Shown one piece after another: positions 61,441 through 64,000 of a DNA stretch of 64,000 bases. Position numbers and translations under genes: made by a program. This stretch comes from Patescibacteria group bacterium (lineage in GTDB: Bacteria > Patescibacteriota > Patescibacteriia > UBA1558 > GWA2-36-10), in NCBI GenBank assembly GCA_041665505.1, contig JBAYIR010000002.1:75602-139601 (forward strand), written 5' to 3'. The notes under the pieces are model-generated. The model had not been told where the DNA came from. It did no database searches and saw only the letters and a program-made list of their open reading frames with translations. Within the stretch, counting starts at the first letter, position 1; every line of letters begins with the position of its first letter.

Positions 61441-62847
61441 ATGAACAATTGGCTAAAAACATTAATAATTATCACTATTCTAATAAGCTCATTTTCTTAT
61501 GGATTTAAGGCTAATGCCCAAATCTCTCTTTATGATATAGAAATAGTAGATATGAAAAATGGCCACGCCACTATCAAATGGCGCACTAATGATAATGTCA
61601 AAAGTATAGTTTATTATGGTTCTACAGCTGATAATCTTGATAAAAAATCTTCAAATAATAATTATACTAGAAGCCATCAAACTATTTTATACAATTTAGA
61701 AGAGGATAAAACATATTATTATAAAATAGAGCTAAGAGCCTATGATGGTGAAAGATTAGAAGTCTATACTCGCTCTTTTTCTACCAATGACATGATAGAC
61801 ACTGTCGCCCCAAAATTTTTGGAATCAAATGTAGTACAAACACTAGGTAATACAGTGGCTCTATCTTGGAAAGCTAATGAAAAAGTCTACACCGAAATAC
61901 ACTATTGGAAACAAGGTACTAATGAAAATAAAATTATTGTTGGTGTCGGAGGTTACGCAGAATATAACGAAACTTTTGTTTATAATTTAGACTCTTATTC
62001 CCAATATTATGTAAAAATAGTTATCAAAGATAATTCTGGCAATAAAGAAAGTAAAACTTTTAGTGTCAATATTTATGAAAAATTTGATATAAATTCTGAA
62101 CTAAAGCTAAGAAATATTGAACCATTAAATTCCAACAATAATTTAATATCCAATAATAAAGTAACTATCAAATATACTTCTAACCTAGCCGCGCGGTCTT
62201 ATATCCAATATGGTACTAGTCCTGATAGATTAGGCAGCTTTATTTATGTTAATGATCAAAAAATAACCACCGATCACCAAGTTACTATCAAAGACTTAGA
62301 AGCAAATACTACTTATTATTATAATATATATGTTTATAATGCTATTTATGGTAAAAATATTGTTGTCCAAGGTCTTAGTTTTACCACTAAATCAAAAGTC
62401 TTGGGAGTTAAAGAAGACGCTGCTAATTTAGACAGCGACCATGACCAATTGAATAATGCTTATGAAATGGCTATTGGTACCAACCCTAGTGATCCGGATA
62501 CAGATAATGACGGCTATCGTGATGGTCTGGAAATTCAAAATGGATTTAATCCTCTAGGTCCAGGCAAGTGGCACAAAAAAGTTGATTTTATATATAACCA
62601 AGCCCGCTTAGATTTAGCAACTGAAAATGCTAAAGCTCAAGAACTAAAAAATATTATAAAGAAAAAATTAAAATACCTACCAATTAAAGAATCTCTTTGG
62701 CCCAAGTTAGTCAATGCCTATATTTATGGTGATTACCCAATTGAAGCTATTATTATGTATATCAAACTAGAAGGCAAAACTATCAACCCTGATATTAGCT
62801 GGTCCACTTGGCAATATAGCTCTGACTATATAAAATACATGAAATAA
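61441..62847 (+). CDS. secreted fibronectin type III repeat protein with Ca-binding DxDxD repeats
   Basis: Signal peptide; three FN3-like units (IKWRT..LEEDKTYYY, LEANTTYYY); DSDHDQL..GTNPSDPDTDNDG. Confidence 0.75.
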   Translation: MNNWLKTLIIITILISSFSYGFKANAQISLYDIEIVDMKNGHATIKWRTNDNVKSIVYYGSTADNLDKKSSNNNYTRSHQTILYNLEEDKTYYYKIELRAYDGERLEVYTRSFSTNDMIDTVAPKFLESNVVQTLGNTVALSWKANEKVYTEIHYWKQGTNENKIIVGVGGYAEYNETFVYNLDSYSQYYVKIVIKDNSGNKESKTFSVNIYEKFDINSELKLRNIEPLNSNNNLISNNKVTIKYTSNLAARSYIQYGTSPDRLGSFIYVNDQKITTDHQVTIKDLEANTTYYYNIYVYNAIYGKNIVVQGLSFTTKSKVLGVKEDAANLDSDHDQLNNAYEMAIGTNPSDPDTDNDGYRDGLEIQNGFNPLGPGKWHKKVDFIYNQARLDLATENAKAQELKNIIKKKLKYLPIKESLWPKLVNAYIYGDYPIEAIIMYIKLEGKTINPDISWSTWQYSSDYIKYMK

Positions 62848-62931
62848 TCAAAATTAAAACATCGCTACCCTTTGGTGGTGATGTTTTTTATTTAAATCAA
62901 GTTGTGTTAAAATAATAATAATCATTAAATA

Positions 62932-63564
62932 ATGAGCTATATGTCATTTTTAGATAATCTTACTTGGCGCCAAGCTACCAAAGAATTTGATACTAATAAA
63001 CCAGTGTCTGCCAAAAATCTAAATCAAATATTAAACGCCATTCGTATGGCGCCGACTTCCTATGGCCTACAACCTTTCCATATTTATGTTATAAAAAACT
63101 TGGCCTTGAGAAAAAAAATGAAGAACTATGTTTTTTTACAAAAACAAATTGATACTTGCTCACACTTAATAGTTTTTTGTGCTATAAATAGTCACAAAAA
63201 AATATACCAACGAGTCGATGATTATACTCAACTGCTTAAATCGCGAGATAAAACTACTGACCTCAAACTACAAGCTATTAAATTGGCTAGAAAAAAATCT
63301 CTCCAAAATAAAACGCCAGCTGATTTTGAAGCTTGGGCTACTAGACAATGCTATATTGCTCTAGGTTTTGCTCTGGCTGGAGCAGCTGAATTAAAAATTG
63401 ATTCCTGCCCCATGGAGGGTTATGATAAAGTAGCTATAGATAAAATTCTTAAACTACCAGCTTATTTGCAATCAAGTGTTTTATTACCCATTGGCTATAG
63501 AAAAGAAGAACAAAAAAAAGCTAAGATTAGATTTCCTAACAATGATTTATTTACTCACTTATAA
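62932..63564 (+). CDS. NAD(P)H-dependent nitroreductase family protein
   Basis: WRQATKEFD, APTSYGLQP, IDSCPMEG and IGYR motifs. Confidence 0.92.
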   Translation: MSYMSFLDNLTWRQATKEFDTNKPVSAKNLNQILNAIRMAPTSYGLQPFHIYVIKNLALRKKMKNYVFLQKQIDTCSHLIVFCAINSHKKIYQRVDDYTQLLKSRDKTTDLKLQAIKLARKKSLQNKTPADFEAWATRQCYIALGFALAGAAELKIDSCPMEGYDKVAIDKILKLPAYLQSSVLLPIGYRKEEQKKAKIRFPNNDLFTHL

Positions 63565-63579
63565 TAAAGCCTAAAAACA

Positions 63580-63611
63580 AAAACCGCCGCGTTAGACGCG
63601 ACGGTTTTTTG
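63580..63611. terminator. bidirectional terminator
   Basis: AAAACCGCCGCGT..ACGCGACGGTTTT. Confidence 0.75.
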
Positions 63612-63631
63612 ATTTTCAAATTTAAAGAAAA

Positions 63632-63829
63632 TTAAACTCTTTTTACTTGAGTAGCAGCTGGTCCTTTTGGAGTGTCAGACACTTCAAAACTCACAGCATC
63701 ACCTTCTCTAAGTTCTTCGAAAGTTGTATCAACTAACTCATTGGCGTGAAAGAAAAGATCTTTATCACCTTGTTCTGGACTAATAAATCCAAAATTTTTG
63801 TCAGTCAATTTTTTTATTGTTCCTTGCAT
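63632..63829 (-). CDS. cold shock domain protein
   Basis: GTIK..NFGFISP..DLFFH..GPAA RNP motifs; roughly 100-nt 5'UTR after TTGACA-17-TAATAT. Confidence 0.95.
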   Translation of the reverse strand: MQGTIKKLTDKNFGFISPEQGDKDLFFHANELVDTTFEELREGDAVSFEVSDTPKGPAATQVKRV

Positions 63830-64000
63830 GTGTGTAGAAATAAAAAACGAATTAACTAATAGTAACTTCGAAATTCGACTCTATTTCTACTCTTACTATA
63901 CTTTGAATAATTGATAACAATTACTCGACATTATATTAACACTAATAATAGAAAATGTCAATACCGCCTTAATATATTTTCAAAACAAAAAAATACTCCC

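Overview
An AT-rich bacterial window (a sampled 60-nt glyA line, 34381-34440, is 19/60 GC) read in standard code 11. The gene content suggests a Patescibacteria/CPR (Parcubacteria-like) genome; this is inference from secG next to an OppA-like gene, a short S1, Elp3, PilB, ldh/ppsA fermentation genes and many orphan membrane or surface proteins. The backbone is housekeeping: ppsA, groES/groEL with a perfect CIRCE, uvrA, secG, rnj, trpS, ldh, purB, glyA, folD, a UvrD-like helicase, ychF, queA, queH, ruvB, gyrA, rpsA, ftsH, pilB, tsaE, tsaD, trmB and a cold-shock gene. Five things are not explained by the gene list. (1) Four GC-rich islets of one or two genes share one architecture: sigma70 promoter, boxA-like leader motif, strong Shine-Dalgarno, GC-rich ORF and GC-rich hairpin terminator. 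The native genes inspected lack SD motifs and several look leaderless. (2) An integron-like cassette array at 23.35-25.4 kb has attC-like sites that appear split, with whole genes lying inside the attC loop. (3) Elp3 and a Trm9/ALKBH8-like methyltransferase sit head-to-head with overlapping start codons. (4) A long-hairpin ncRNA candidate (6S-like) follows ychF. (5) Nested REP-like palindromes occur three times, one beside a 48-bp duplication of the folD 3' end. No rRNA, tRNA, CRISPR array, integrase, transposase or reverse transcriptase was recognised.
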